The position numbers and the translations under genes were made by a program. A stretch of DNA of 64,000 bases. Source: a virus. The notes under the pieces were generated by a model. It saw only the letters and a list, made by a program, of their open reading frames with translations, had not been told where the DNA came from and made no database searches. Of this stretch, positions 9,368-18,575 are shown piece by piece (within the stretch, counting starts at the first letter, position 1; each line of letters opens with the position of its first letter). Location: the IMG/VR virus record IMGVR_UViG_3300027413_000002. The stretch is one strand, 5' to 3'.

Positions 9368-10981
9368 TTATAAACTCAGCTTCTTCCACTTGTAGTCTTC
9401 AATAAACTCTTCAGTGCGATCCATCATCTCATTTATGTCAATATTAGCTTCTGGAGTCTGTATCAGGTCTTCATATGTACCCATTCCAGTGGTATGATAG
9501 TGGTGGAACCACCAAGAACCAATACCGCCACCATCCCATCCTCTATTTTTTTCGGGATCAAACAATGTTTTCCCCCACTCTAAATGGGCTGTCCACCAAT
9601 TAAATCCATCATGCTTCCATCTTGCACTTGTCATTGTTGAGTATTGGTTCCAGATATATTCTTGAGCCTCCCTTGGTGCATTGATATCAGACATTTTAGC
9701 ACCAACCTCGTGGTCGTGAGTATATTCAGAGAATAATCCAGATTCTTTCCATGTACGATCAAACTCAGACTGTGCACCTTTGAACAATACATCACTCTGT
9801 TCTCCTGTTATAAACAAAGGGAAAGAGACCATATGCTCTTTTGGCATATTTTTTCTCCACCAGTTGATTCCATCCCAATAAGTCTCTGGAGTTTCGTATG
9901 GCAGACCGCAGATAAAAGAACCTGTTGCTCTATATCTTCCGCTGTTATTAGTTTCAAAATATTTTCTAGCATCAAGAAGACCTTGTTTCATTTTCTCGGT
10001 CTGTAACCCCTTACCAATAGATTTTGCAGAGGCATGGTTTAGAGATTCAATCCCGTAGAAATGTCCCCAGAATCCCATCTCACAAAGAAGTTCTTTATCC
10101 TCTGGTCTTGCTGCGAGTAGATCTGCTCGTATATACCCAGCCATATCAAGGTTGAACGGTAATTTGTTTGTTTCAGCAACAATTGCTCTCATCTTATCTT
10201 GGCTATCATTGAATGTCTCATCAGCAACAGAATATGAGGTCAGTCCCCAAGAATCATAGTTTCTCCGTAATTCGTCACCAAGATTTTCCATATCTCTGGT
10301 GTAGTCACCCTTGACACCGATTAGATTGTACGCACAGAATTTACAAGCAAACTTACACCCACGGGCAAACTCCAACGTCATATGCTCATTCGGCATAATG
10401 AAGTCTCGGTCTTCATATATTACAGTGAGGTCTTTTTGAGGAGCGCAGATGTGGTGTTTATCGCAATCGACATATTTTATTTCGTCGTGCTCAATCGTAT
10501 ATGTAACGCCAGCAGGTTTAGATTCGATTACAACAGAGGAGGGTTTACCGAGGATATGTTTCATGAGTTCGTTAAACCCATATTCCCCATAACCAAACAC
10601 AAAATAATCCACGTATTCGTGAAGATATATTCCTGTGTAGATGGCTTTACTTCCACAGACGATAGCAACATCTGGATATGTTCTTTTAATCCAAGAAAGA
10701 TAGCGGAGTGCAGTTTCTACATTCTTTCCAGTGATTGGGAATGTGAGGCTGAGACCAATAAACTTTGTATCTTTTGTGACGCGAGAACTGATCAGTTCCT
10801 TGAATTCTTCGTAATCAAATCTCAACCAGAAGTCTAACACCTCAACATCCCAGCCTTCAGTCCGCATAAAGTGCGCGATTTTATACGCACCAGCTGCTCT
10901 CTTCACGCTAGTCCAATTGGAATCTCTGATATGCATATGAGATGCTTGGAAAATTCCAAGTATCAATCCATGGTGTTTCAT
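9368..10981 (-). CDS. B12-binding-domain radical SAM enzyme
   Basis: LEFARGCKFACKFC CxxxCxxC, ADETFN, YGIES, FICGLPYET; N-terminal B12-binding-like domain (GYGEY). Confidence 0.85.
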   Translation of the reverse strand: MKHHGLILGIFQASHMHIRDSNWTSVKRAAGAYKIAHFMRTEGWDVEVLDFWLRFDYEEFKELISSRVTKDTKFIGLSLTFPITGKNVETALRYLSWIKRTYPDVAIVCGSKAIYTGIYLHEYVDYFVFGYGEYGFNELMKHILGKPSSVVIESKPAGVTYTIEHDEIKYVDCDKHHICAPQKDLTVIYEDRDFIMPNEHMTLEFARGCKFACKFCAYNLIGVKGDYTRDMENLGDELRRNYDSWGLTSYSVADETFNDSQDKMRAIVAETNKLPFNLDMAGYIRADLLAARPEDKELLCEMGFWGHFYGIESLNHASAKSIGKGLQTEKMKQGLLDARKYFETNNSGRYRATGSFICGLPYETPETYWDGINWWRKNMPKEHMVSFPLFITGEQSDVLFKGAQSEFDRTWKESGLFSEYTHDHEVGAKMSDINAPREAQEYIWNQYSTMTSARWKHDGFNWWTAHLEWGKTLFDPEKNRGWDGGGIGSWWFHHYHTTGMGTYEDLIQTPEANIDINEMMDRTEEFIEDYKWKKLSL

Positions 10982-11008
10982 AATATAATTTATACTGGTT
11001 AAAAGGGG

Positions 11009-11602
11009 TTACGATTCGACCTTCGAGGAAGACCACTGACGACAAGACCAATAACCTGCCTTTGTTTTGTCTTTCTTATTTGCGCAATCATGTCTTGCAC
11101 GGAAGTTTGCTCGCCTTCCTGGATCGTCGCGCTTAATTTCCATATTTGGATCACCGAAACGAACTACTTTAATCTTCTTCGTTGATGGGTCGCGAACATA
11201 CACTTTAAACTTCTTGTTTGGATTCTCAGAGGTGCGAATGATATTGTTCAACTTCACACCTTTCTTTTCGCCATCTTCCATGATGGTGACGTCTTCCAGA
11301 TCTAACACTTCATCAAGATGTGCGCAATCATCGCAGCAAGCATCTTCGAGAACCATATCCTCGTCATATTCAGTATGGGCGAGGTCAGTGTCGTGATTCA
11401 ACCCACCCTTTTTCTTTTTGGTGATAAAGGCATTTACACGAGCATGACCCCATTGCTGTGGAGTGGTTCCTGGACGGTGACCAGTCTTCCAAGCAGCAAC
11501 GCCACGGTTGTAAACTTTGCGGAGAGTTGCGACCGAGATGCCTGACTTCTTAGACTTGTCAGCCATTGCACCTTCGATGAGTTGATCTTGAAAACTAAGC
11601 AT
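11009..11602 (-). CDS. Two-module basic protein, putative head-internal
   Basis: Likely start MLSFQDQLIE (11602); modules VYNRGVAAWKTGHRPG...WGHARVN and VRFGDPNM...FRARHDC...AGYWSC. Confidence 0.6.
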   Translation of the reverse strand: MLSFQDQLIEGAMADKSKKSGISVATLRKVYNRGVAAWKTGHRPGTTPQQWGHARVNAFITKKKKGGLNHDTDLAHTEYDEDMVLEDACCDDCAHLDEVLDLEDVTIMEDGEKKGVKLNNIIRTSENPNKKFKVYVRDPSTKKIKVVRFGDPNMEIKRDDPGRRANFRARHDCANKKDKTKAGYWSCRQWSSSKVES

Positions 11603-11606
11603 CTTC

Positions 11607-12074
11607 TTATCCTTTATGCATTTTACTTGAGTCATACTTGATAGCATGAACAGGGGTCACTCTAGACCCATGGTAAGTGTTATGTGTAAGACGAGTATTA
11701 CCAGCCAACAGGTGAGTGTGACCTGTATGTGTATCATGAAGAACGATAGGTTTTTGCATCGATTTACCAGACTTGAATTGTTTAGTGACTCGAGCGTGTT
11801 TCGTCTTATCAATATCTCCTAGTTTTGGTCTAGAACCAGCATCAGTATTACCGACTTTCTTAGCAGACATCGGTGTAATCTTCATTGGTTTACCAGACTT
11901 CATAGCCTTATGATAGTTCTCAGGATTCTTCAAATGATTCAACATTTTATGAACGTGATGTGGGTATGCACCGTGTGGATCACCAGCCTGTGTGTGCACT
12001 TCATCGTGCTCGTCAGTATGGTGAGGTGTTTTCCATTCGCGGTCTTCAATAAAAAAATCTCTAAGTCTTTTCAT
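11607..12074 (-). CDS. ParB/Srx-like domain protein
   Basis: KPIVL...HLLAGNTRL GxxR motif; N-terminus MKRLRDFFIE. Confidence 0.55.
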   Translation of the reverse strand: MKRLRDFFIEDREWKTPHHTDEHDEVHTQAGDPHGAYPHHVHKMLNHLKNPENYHKAMKSGKPMKITPMSAKKVGNTDAGSRPKLGDIDKTKHARVTKQFKSGKSMQKPIVLHDTHTGHTHLLAGNTRLTHNTYHGSRVTPVHAIKYDSSKMHKG

Positions 12075-14512
12075 TTTCCTGCCTTTTTAATCTTGAATTT
12101 CTTTGCCTTATATTTAGAAGCATTGCCACCCTTCTTGATAGAAAACTTCTTAGCTTTCTGTGATGCCATACCACCGCGCTTGTTCTTTAGGCGACTCATC
12201 TCTGCTTTACGGATAGTCGGAACAAGTCTCACTGCGATACGAGCAATAAGAGGTTGGAACCTAGTGATCATCTTCTCTAGACGAGCCTTCTCGGATGGTG
12301 GAAGTGCACCCTTATCGCGACCACGGAGCAAACGCTTATACATCATATTCCTTGCGCCACGAGTAGCACGCATCTTAACACGGGCATTACCACCTGCACG
12401 CTTCGATGCACGGATACGAGCGAGTTTCAATTTTGTTTTGTTGCGTCTTGCAGCCTGTCTACGTTTGATGCGACCCATCGGTGTAAGTGCTTCGGTGACT
12501 TGAATATCGTCTGCATAATCTTCGTCTTCGATTTCTACCTCAACGACCTCGTCTGCGTCTAGGATTCCTAGATCTAACATATCGTCTACGCTGAGATTAT
12601 CAGCCTGAAGCATCATATCTCGGATATCTTTTTCGTCTAGAACTGTGTCGATTGGTTCAGCGATAACAGGTTTGCCGTTATCTTCTAGGTCTTCAAGCAA
12701 ACCAGCATACAAACGATTGACGTGTTCAATTGCCTCGGCAACACTTTCTCGAACGATATATCCATCGCCTCGGTCTTTATACCCCTCGGGAATGGGCATA
12801 CACGCTTTACGTTGTCTGCAGTAATACTTACCCTCACCACACATTTTGCCATCTTCTTCGTTCACTACCTTGTAATGTCTCTTTGAAGATGTCTTATTTT
12901 TCTTCGTGGTTTTTCCTGGTTCTCCTGGAGTCATAGCTTTCATATATGCAGTTGCTTCAGGAGTTCCTCGTTCGTATTTGGCTTCTTCACCCAAAAGGTC
13001 TTTCACCTGTTGACCAAGAATCCTAGAATTCAGTTTCTCGCCACCGCGCATCATGCGCAAAATTTCTCCAGAATGGTAAAAGATGTCGTGTCTCGCTCTG
13101 CCGCCACGACTCTTTTTGTCTTTTTTGTAATCAGCAAGAACTGATTTCGCCAGTTTTGCATACTTGTCTTTGTAGATCGTCTTAGACTTGACGATATCTG
13201 ACATTGAAATTTCTTCAAGTTCTTCTTGCTCGTCAATCTTAATCTTATCGAATACTTTGGTGTCTTTCACACGCTGTTTGGAAACACGCTTCTTCACGTT
13301 GCGGAGTTTACCAATCTGCGGTAGAGCCATTGGGTCTTTCTTGGTCTTTGGATCGACCAATACATCTTCAGATCCCTCGGGAACACAATTAGGAACGACC
13401 TTGTCTTTCTTCTTCTTCATTCCCTTTTGCTTATACCCATCCCAGCATGCCTCATCGACTTCTGGTTTGTCGTGAGTATAACCCAACTTCTTCATACGCT
13501 CGTGGTCGGCAGGTTTGTATGCCTTGTAACCTTTGCCAGTCTTTGGGTCGTACATCATATGCGGCTCAAAACCTTCTTGCTCCAACATCCTGTCTACATA
13601 CTTGGTGTACTTAGATGGTTTGGTCTTTGCAGTCTTATCACCTGCCGCTGGTTTGTATGCCTTTGGATCGCTGTCCGACATTTTTGATTGGCGTTTGAAT
13701 TGTGCATCGCGTTTCTGTTTGGTAGACTTATTTAGACCAGCATGATACTTAGCAGGTTGGCTACCTTTTCTTTTCGCGATATCTTTGTCCTGTGGGACTT
13801 CTGTTTTCTCATCCATAGCATCCAACTCTAATTTTTCGTTCATCTTTTTTCTAGCTGCATGCTGATCATCGATCCATTTCTTGGCGATATGGGATCTAAC
13901 AGGGGCATCAATAAACCGCTTCACATCTCTGAATGCCTGAAGCATACGTTTGTCTGTATCCACCGCGTCGCTGTTATCAACAATAATCATATTGTGTTTA
14001 AAGATCTGTTGGAATGCACCTATGTTATTCTGGACACCCTTCCACATCTGAGATACATGCTGATCAGGTAGCTGACGAGGACGCGATCGGTTTCTTTGCA
14101 ATGCTGTCTGCTCATCGGTGTTTACAAAAACGATAGCAGTTTCATACCCCAGACTTTTCAGCTTGGCGTTCTGTGTTTTAATCTTTGCAAGGTTTTTACC
14201 AGTGCCATCTATAACTAAACCCAACCGCCCTCGCACAGCAAGAACCTGTTGCGTTGTCGTCATGGCTTTTGCAGTGGCACGGATTCCCTGCCCACGAGGT
14301 GAATAGATATTGTCTGGTGTTGGCAGCATACCCTGTTTATCAAGAAGACGCTCAAAATTATCGTCGGAATTTATCAGCTTCAAACCTTGTGATTGTAATG
14401 CTGTATTACCGACAACAAATGATTTGCCAGATCCTGGACCACCTGCAAGGAATACTGCCTTGAAAATGGCTGGGTCGTTTACGCCTTCTGAGATGTATTC
14501 TTTAAAGTCCAT
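12071..14512 (-). CDS. Multidomain protein: N-terminal P-loop kinase (Pnk/zeta-like) plus small basic modules
   Basis: FLAGGPGSGKS Walker A, INSDD, LVIDGTG, ALQRNRSR lid; CWDGY...PNCVPE module; late promoter 5 nt upstream. Confidence 0.75.
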   Translation of the reverse strand: MDFKEYISEGVNDPAIFKAVFLAGGPGSGKSFVVGNTALQSQGLKLINSDDNFERLLDKQGMLPTPDNIYSPRGQGIRATAKAMTTTQQVLAVRGRLGLVIDGTGKNLAKIKTQNAKLKSLGYETAIVFVNTDEQTALQRNRSRPRQLPDQHVSQMWKGVQNNIGAFQQIFKHNMIIVDNSDAVDTDKRMLQAFRDVKRFIDAPVRSHIAKKWIDDQHAARKKMNEKLELDAMDEKTEVPQDKDIAKRKGSQPAKYHAGLNKSTKQKRDAQFKRQSKMSDSDPKAYKPAAGDKTAKTKPSKYTKYVDRMLEQEGFEPHMMYDPKTGKGYKAYKPADHERMKKLGYTHDKPEVDEACWDGYKQKGMKKKKDKVVPNCVPEGSEDVLVDPKTKKDPMALPQIGKLRNVKKRVSKQRVKDTKVFDKIKIDEQEELEEISMSDIVKSKTIYKDKYAKLAKSVLADYKKDKKSRGGRARHDIFYHSGEILRMMRGGEKLNSRILGQQVKDLLGEEAKYERGTPEATAYMKAMTPGEPGKTTKKNKTSSKRHYKVVNEEDGKMCGEGKYYCRQRKACMPIPEGYKDRGDGYIVRESVAEAIEHVNRLYAGLLEDLEDNGKPVIAEPIDTVLDEKDIRDMMLQADNLSVDDMLDLGILDADEVVEVEIEDEDYADDIQVTEALTPMGRIKRRQAARRNKTKLKLARIRASKRAGGNARVKMRATRGARNMMYKRLLRGRDKGALPPSEKARLEKMITRFQPLIARIAVRLVPTIRKAEMSRLKNKRGGMASQKAKKFSIKKGGNASKYKAKKFKIKKAGK

Positions 14513-14526
14513 AGTCCTATTTATAC

Positions 14527-14988
14527 TTATTCTGGAAGTCCAACACTGTATTGTACCTTACCATCAACACGTTGAGCAGTAAGACATGCCTTACGATTAT
14601 CTTCGTTCTTATATGATACGTGAACCCAACCAGAAGATGGATCTCCATCTTCATAAAACTCAGAGATCAACTGATCAAACTCTAGATTATCTCTAATCCA
14701 TTGAGCGACTTCGAGGTTGTCTGCTTTATCACATTCAATGTCAACTGCCTCGCCTTTACAATGCTGTGAGCGAGTAGATCCACCGACTGCTTCGTTGAGT
14801 TCTGGACCACGATATCCAGAATTGATACGAGTAATTCCAAAGTGTTCTCTGACTGGTTGAACAACATTCTCGAATAACGCTTTCGCTGCTTCGAGGTGTT
14901 CACCTTCAGGAGTGTTATCAATACCCAAACGAGTTGCAGTCATCGACTTTGTAAACTCTTTGAGTGTAAAATTATTACTTAACTTCAT
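14527..14988 (-). CDS. Peptidase M15A, putative endolysin
   Basis: LSNNFTLKEF, INSGYR, SQHCKGEAVDI, WVHVS zinc ligands. Confidence 0.88.
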   Translation of the reverse strand: MKLSNNFTLKEFTKSMTATRLGIDNTPEGEHLEAAKALFENVVQPVREHFGITRINSGYRGPELNEAVGGSTRSQHCKGEAVDIECDKADNLEVAQWIRDNLEFDQLISEFYEDGDPSSGWVHVSYKNEDNRKACLTAQRVDGKVQYSVGLPE

Positions 14989-14990
14989 TA

Positions 14991-15578
14991 TTAATCCTTC
15001 AAGAATTGTGAAAATGATACATATGTTTCGTTCAATTTCATGCCATCACGCACATCATTGAATAGTTGTTTTGCTCCACGATAACCAGTAGGCAAGCCAC
15101 GCTTGAACCCATTGAAGTCATCGTTCTTTGCTAGAAGTCTCATCTTACTGGCACTCATACCAGAGACACCATCAGCATCAGGATCTCTCTCGCCAGCGGA
15201 AACAACCTTGACTGTCTTGAATGTAAAGTCCTTGCCATTGTATTTGTCGAGTAATCTCTGGAAGTCAGGCACACGGTCAGAGCCAGCAATCATTATAACG
15301 TGGTCGTACTTCCCAGTCAACAATTTAAGCTGGGAAATGAAGTTAGGATGCATTTTATCTGATAGCTTGAAGTTGGTGTTCGGAAACATACCATTGAGGT
15401 GTTTCAACTTCAGCTTTGGATCTAGAGGATTCTTTTTACTCTCGAAAGAGTGACTGGCAATGATGAGGTGATCAGCGCGATTAGTAGCAGCAATGCGCTT
15501 CACCTTCTGAACCAGTTTACCGTGACCGACGGTCGGAGGATTCATGCGTCCGAATGCGAATACTAATGTCTTGCTCAT
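14991..15578 (-). CDS. Cytidylyltransferase-like (HxGH family) nucleotidyltransferase
   Basis: FGRMNPPTVGH, AGSDR, MSASKMR; ATGA overlap with upstream gene. Confidence 0.85.
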   Translation of the reverse strand: MSKTLVFAFGRMNPPTVGHGKLVQKVKRIAATNRADHLIIASHSFESKKNPLDPKLKLKHLNGMFPNTNFKLSDKMHPNFISQLKLLTGKYDHVIMIAGSDRVPDFQRLLDKYNGKDFTFKTVKVVSAGERDPDADGVSGMSASKMRLLAKNDDFNGFKRGLPTGYRGAKQLFNDVRDGMKLNETYVSFSQFLKD

Positions 15579-16819
15579 TTGTCCCATGCCTTTATAGCGG
15601 TGAAGTTATTGTAGCTGAATTCCATTCTGTCAACAAGTTTAACAGCATTACCACCAACACGGTCGATAGCAACATACCCTTCTGGGTTTGTGACCTTGAA
15701 TCCATTAGTTGTTCTGATGAATGTGCCGATACTCTTTACTCTGTCCAGTTTGTTCACAATCATATTCTTTGCAGAGACGATACCAGCCATAAACTCAAAG
15801 ATGTTGCCAAGTAACTCTTGGTATTCATCTGCAAGTTGAGTCGCGGCAGTCTTCTTATCAGTGAGTGCCTGTTGAGATTTCTCAGTCTTTAGTTTGGCGA
15901 TTTCTTTGTCGTACTTTGCAGCAACAAATGCTTTGTAACCTGCAGCATGAGACTTCTTCAAGTCTGCTTGCTCTCTAACCTTTGAGTTGATGTAGGTCTT
16001 CACACTTGCACCCACCATCTTACCAGTAAACCCAGCTTGATAGTTTAGGAATGCATTTAGTTTGTACGCATCAATTTTTCTGAAGGTATTACCCACACCT
16101 GAGAGGACAGCAGTTATTTGTGCGGTCTCTTGTTTAGTGAAGGTTGCTGTTCCCGATTCATCTTGGTATGTAGCATCATCCATCCAAACGGAAGACGACT
16201 TACGAAGATTGCGAATGTTAGCACCAAATGATGCTTTCATTTCGGGGAGGGAGCGTCCAGAATATGTTGTATGCCAAACTACACCGATCTTTGCTTTTTT
16301 AAATTTGGCGTCCAGTGGCGATCCCTGAGGAACTGCATAGACGATCGTATTTGGTTGGAAAGTCGTGTGACGTTGACCATCAATCATATCGGACTCCAAG
16401 TCAGCCGATGTAAACATCAGATCACCTTGGAGGACATTCGTAATACCCAGCTTCGAGAACTCGCGCAGGGCAATACTGAATTTTGGTTTGAGAGACGCAG
16501 GTAGTTTGGGGTCGGAAGAAATATCCGCTTGCGTCTTATAAAGGAGTGGTGTCTTGTTAAAAACAGATTTCTTGGCAATGAAGAACTTACCATCTGAAGG
16601 ATCGATACCTGCAAAAATGGCTGGTGCGCCATCCCACTTGACCGTCATATTGATCGAGGATCGCGAATTACCAGCCAACATATCTCTTAGAGATCTGAGA
16701 AAATTGATAGAGCCACGTGCACCACCAATACCGAAGTTGAGGATCTCGTCCTCAATGTGCTCTAGATGCAGATTTTTACCGTTCGCATCCTCACTCAGAA
16801 ATGTCCTTAGACTTTGCAT
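15575..16819 (-). CDS. Conserved T4-like protein with ATP-dependent (RNA) ligase-like motifs
   Basis: TVKWDG (motif I), VLQGDL (III), PEGYV (IV), VKLVDR (V); N-terminus MQSLRTFLSE. Confidence 0.6.
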   Translation of the reverse strand: MQSLRTFLSEDANGKNLHLEHIEDEILNFGIGGARGSINFLRSLRDMLAGNSRSSINMTVKWDGAPAIFAGIDPSDGKFFIAKKSVFNKTPLLYKTQADISSDPKLPASLKPKFSIALREFSKLGITNVLQGDLMFTSADLESDMIDGQRHTTFQPNTIVYAVPQGSPLDAKFKKAKIGVVWHTTYSGRSLPEMKASFGANIRNLRKSSSVWMDDATYQDESGTATFTKQETAQITAVLSGVGNTFRKIDAYKLNAFLNYQAGFTGKMVGASVKTYINSKVREQADLKKSHAAGYKAFVAAKYDKEIAKLKTEKSQQALTDKKTAATQLADEYQELLGNIFEFMAGIVSAKNMIVNKLDRVKSIGTFIRTTNGFKVTNPEGYVAIDRVGGNAVKLVDRMEFSYNNFTAIKAWDK

Positions 16820-17057
16820 TTTTTGGCGTTCTCTTCTTTAGCTTATCAAGTTCTTTTGTTTTATGGCTCAATTGTTCTTGGGTTAAAATCAACTGGGTGT
16901 TCAAATGCTCATTAATTTTTAACACTTCATTGTATTTAGTCGCAATGACCTTACCTTGTGCTAATGCCCTGATACGATCTTTCTGAAGAGACGCTAGATA
17001 TTCTCCTAACATCTCATCGTATATCACATTCGTCAATCCTTCAATTTCATCTGCCAT
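16791..17057 (-). CDS. Hypothetical coiled-coil protein
   Basis: Late promoter at 17068-17075; heptad pattern. Confidence 0.55.
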   Translation of the reverse strand: MADEIEGLTNVIYDEMLGEYLASLQKDRIRALAQGKVIATKYNEVLKINEHLNTQLILTQEQLSHKTKELDKLKKRTPKNAKSKDISE

Positions 17058-17076
17058 GGTGTTATCCTATTTATAA

Positions 17077-17202
17077 TTATTGTTTATCAGCGTTTTGAGC
17101 GAGTTTAGATGCAACCTCGAGCCAATAAGATTTAGCCCATTCAGACGTAGAATTGTTATATGCTGTGATAGCATTATACCACAATTTGGTGTAATCAAAC
17201 AT
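17077..17202 (-). CDS. Small hypothetical protein (41 aa), absent from ORF track
   Basis: MFDYTKLWYNAITAYNNSTSEWAKSYWLEVASKLAQNADKQ; fills the gap and overlaps the upstream stop. Confidence 0.5.
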   Translation of the reverse strand: MFDYTKLWYNAITAYNNSTSEWAKSYWLEVASKLAQNADKQ

Positions 17203-17341
17203 CTTCGGGTTTCTTTCCTGCTCGTTTCATCGCTTCAACCATCGGAACCTTTGTTGGACTTTGGTTTTGAATCTTGATTGCCTTTTTGCGAAGTTTACGC
17301 AATTCGGTTTGACGTAATTTTTTAGCAATTAAATTGTTCAT
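17195..17341 (-). CDS. Small basic hypothetical protein (48 aa), absent from ORF track
   Basis: MNNLIAKKLRQTELRKLRKKAIKIQ...; SD AGGAG upstream. Confidence 0.55.
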   Translation of the reverse strand: MNNLIAKKLRQTELRKLRKKAIKIQNQSPTKVPMVEAMKRAGKKPEDV

Positions 17342-17350
17342 AATTATCTC

Positions 17351-17854
17351 CTATGAAAATGTTATAGTATGAATATTGAGATGGTCTTGTAAAACGAAGT
17401 CGATCACATCACACATGACAGATAAATCTTTACCAGAGTAACCCGTCATCCTCGTGTTCAGAGTTGCTGGCTTTATATTGGTGATCGGTTTACCGAGGCA
17501 GAAATCGTCTAATGCTTTTTTATCTGCTTCATATTGTATAGTGATAGCATCTTTATCGTATTTAAAATCGGTGACTGCAGAAGATATATTAATAATTTTC
17601 TTATCGTTCGAATGAGTCATCTTCAGCAACTCTAGCTGAGAACCATTACCCATGTTGTGATAATCATAGGCATTATTAATGAACACGTCATATTCAACTG
17701 CCATGATTCGTTCTCTATCTTCTTGTTTAGAAATATCATAACCATTCGACAAAGAGAATCCAGTAACATCGGCACTCCACTTATCTCTGAGATGATCAGC
17801 TAATACCTTACCAACACCGTTTGTGTGCCCTGTGATCGAAACTTTCATGACCAT
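17351..17854 (-). CDS. Short-chain dehydrogenase/reductase (compact)
   Basis: TGHTNGVG (TGxxxGxG), FINNA, NISS, YEADK (YxxxK). Confidence 0.8.
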   Translation of the reverse strand: MVMKVSITGHTNGVGKVLADHLRDKWSADVTGFSLSNGYDISKQEDRERIMAVEYDVFINNAYDYHNMGNGSQLELLKMTHSNDKKIINISSAVTDFKYDKDAITIQYEADKKALDDFCLGKPITNIKPATLNTRMTGYSGKDLSVMCDVIDFVLQDHLNIHTITFS

Positions 17855-17865
17855 ATCCTAGTTAG

Positions 17866-17942
<77 letters not shown>

Positions 17943-17946
17943 ATAA

Positions 17947-18168
17947 TTATTTGAGTTTTTGTTTAGTGCGTTCGATACGCTCAACAATACGCTCATCTTC
18001 CCATGCTAGGAAGTTATGCATTTTACGCAACACCCAAAGTTGAGTTTTGCGAAGAGTCTTACCTCGAGGTGTTGTCCACCCGAGAAGGTATGCAATAATG
18101 ATAGCGTAAAAACTAACCACCACATTCACAAGTTGTGCAATAGGATCATCCATGATATTATACTCCAA
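17947..18168 (-). CDS. Small membrane protein
   Basis: One hydrophobic helix followed by a basic tail; true start may be about 18153 (GGAG upstream). Confidence 0.55.
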   Translation of the reverse strand: MEYNIMDDPIAQLVNVVVSFYAIIIAYLLGWTTPRGKTLRKTQLWVLRKMHNFLAWEDERIVERIERTKQKLK

Positions 18169-18178
18169 AATATTTCTT

Positions 18179-18210
18179 CAAAAAAGTACTGATTAACCGT
18201 GGATCAGCGC
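18179..18210 (-). terminator. Possible intrinsic terminator
   Basis: GCGCTGAT-9 nt-ATCAGTAC imperfect stem followed by T-run. Confidence 0.4.
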
Positions 18211-18232
18211 GAGACTATTTGTAGCGTCCAAC

Positions 18233-18556
18233 CTATTCTTTAGTAGAAATGTCGCCCATCCGACGTTGGACTTTCTGGACAGCATTTCTTACTGTAACGG
18301 ACTTCTTGTCCTTCTTACCGTAATCGCTGGCAAGTTTAGAATTTGGATTGGCATCAGAAATTTTAGAAAGGACTTCTTTGAAGCCATCATTCGGTTTTGT
18401 TCTGTCGCCAAGTCCACCCTTATTTAGAGACGGTGCTTTAATGTATGCACGTTCCAAGTGAGGATTGTCAATTAGAAATTGGTCGTAGTCTGACATAGAT
18501 ACGAACTTCTCTTCGTATTCCCCAGTTTCCGTGTTTTTAAAATCATACAGTGGCAT
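18233..18556 (-). CDS. FmdB-like small protein (Cys-less variant)
   Basis: MPLYDFKNTETGE N-terminus, NPHL, GFKEVLSKI typical of T4-like FmdB-like genes. Confidence 0.6.
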   Translation of the reverse strand: MPLYDFKNTETGEYEEKFVSMSDYDQFLIDNPHLERAYIKAPSLNKGGLGDRTKPNDGFKEVLSKISDANPNSKLASDYGKKDKKSVTVRNAVQKVQRRMGDISTKE

Positions 18557-18575
18557 TACAAATCCCTAAGTTATT

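Noticed and set aside
17172-17198. TGG-TATAAT promoter-like sequence
   Set aside because: The -35 spacing is wrong and it lies inside a plausible 41-aa CDS
18186-18230. Plus-strand resemblance to a SAM-II riboswitch (CTGATTAACCGT...AGCGCG...TGTAGC)
   Set aside because: Pseudoknot pairing and A-rich 3' tail are absent, and no plus-strand gene follows
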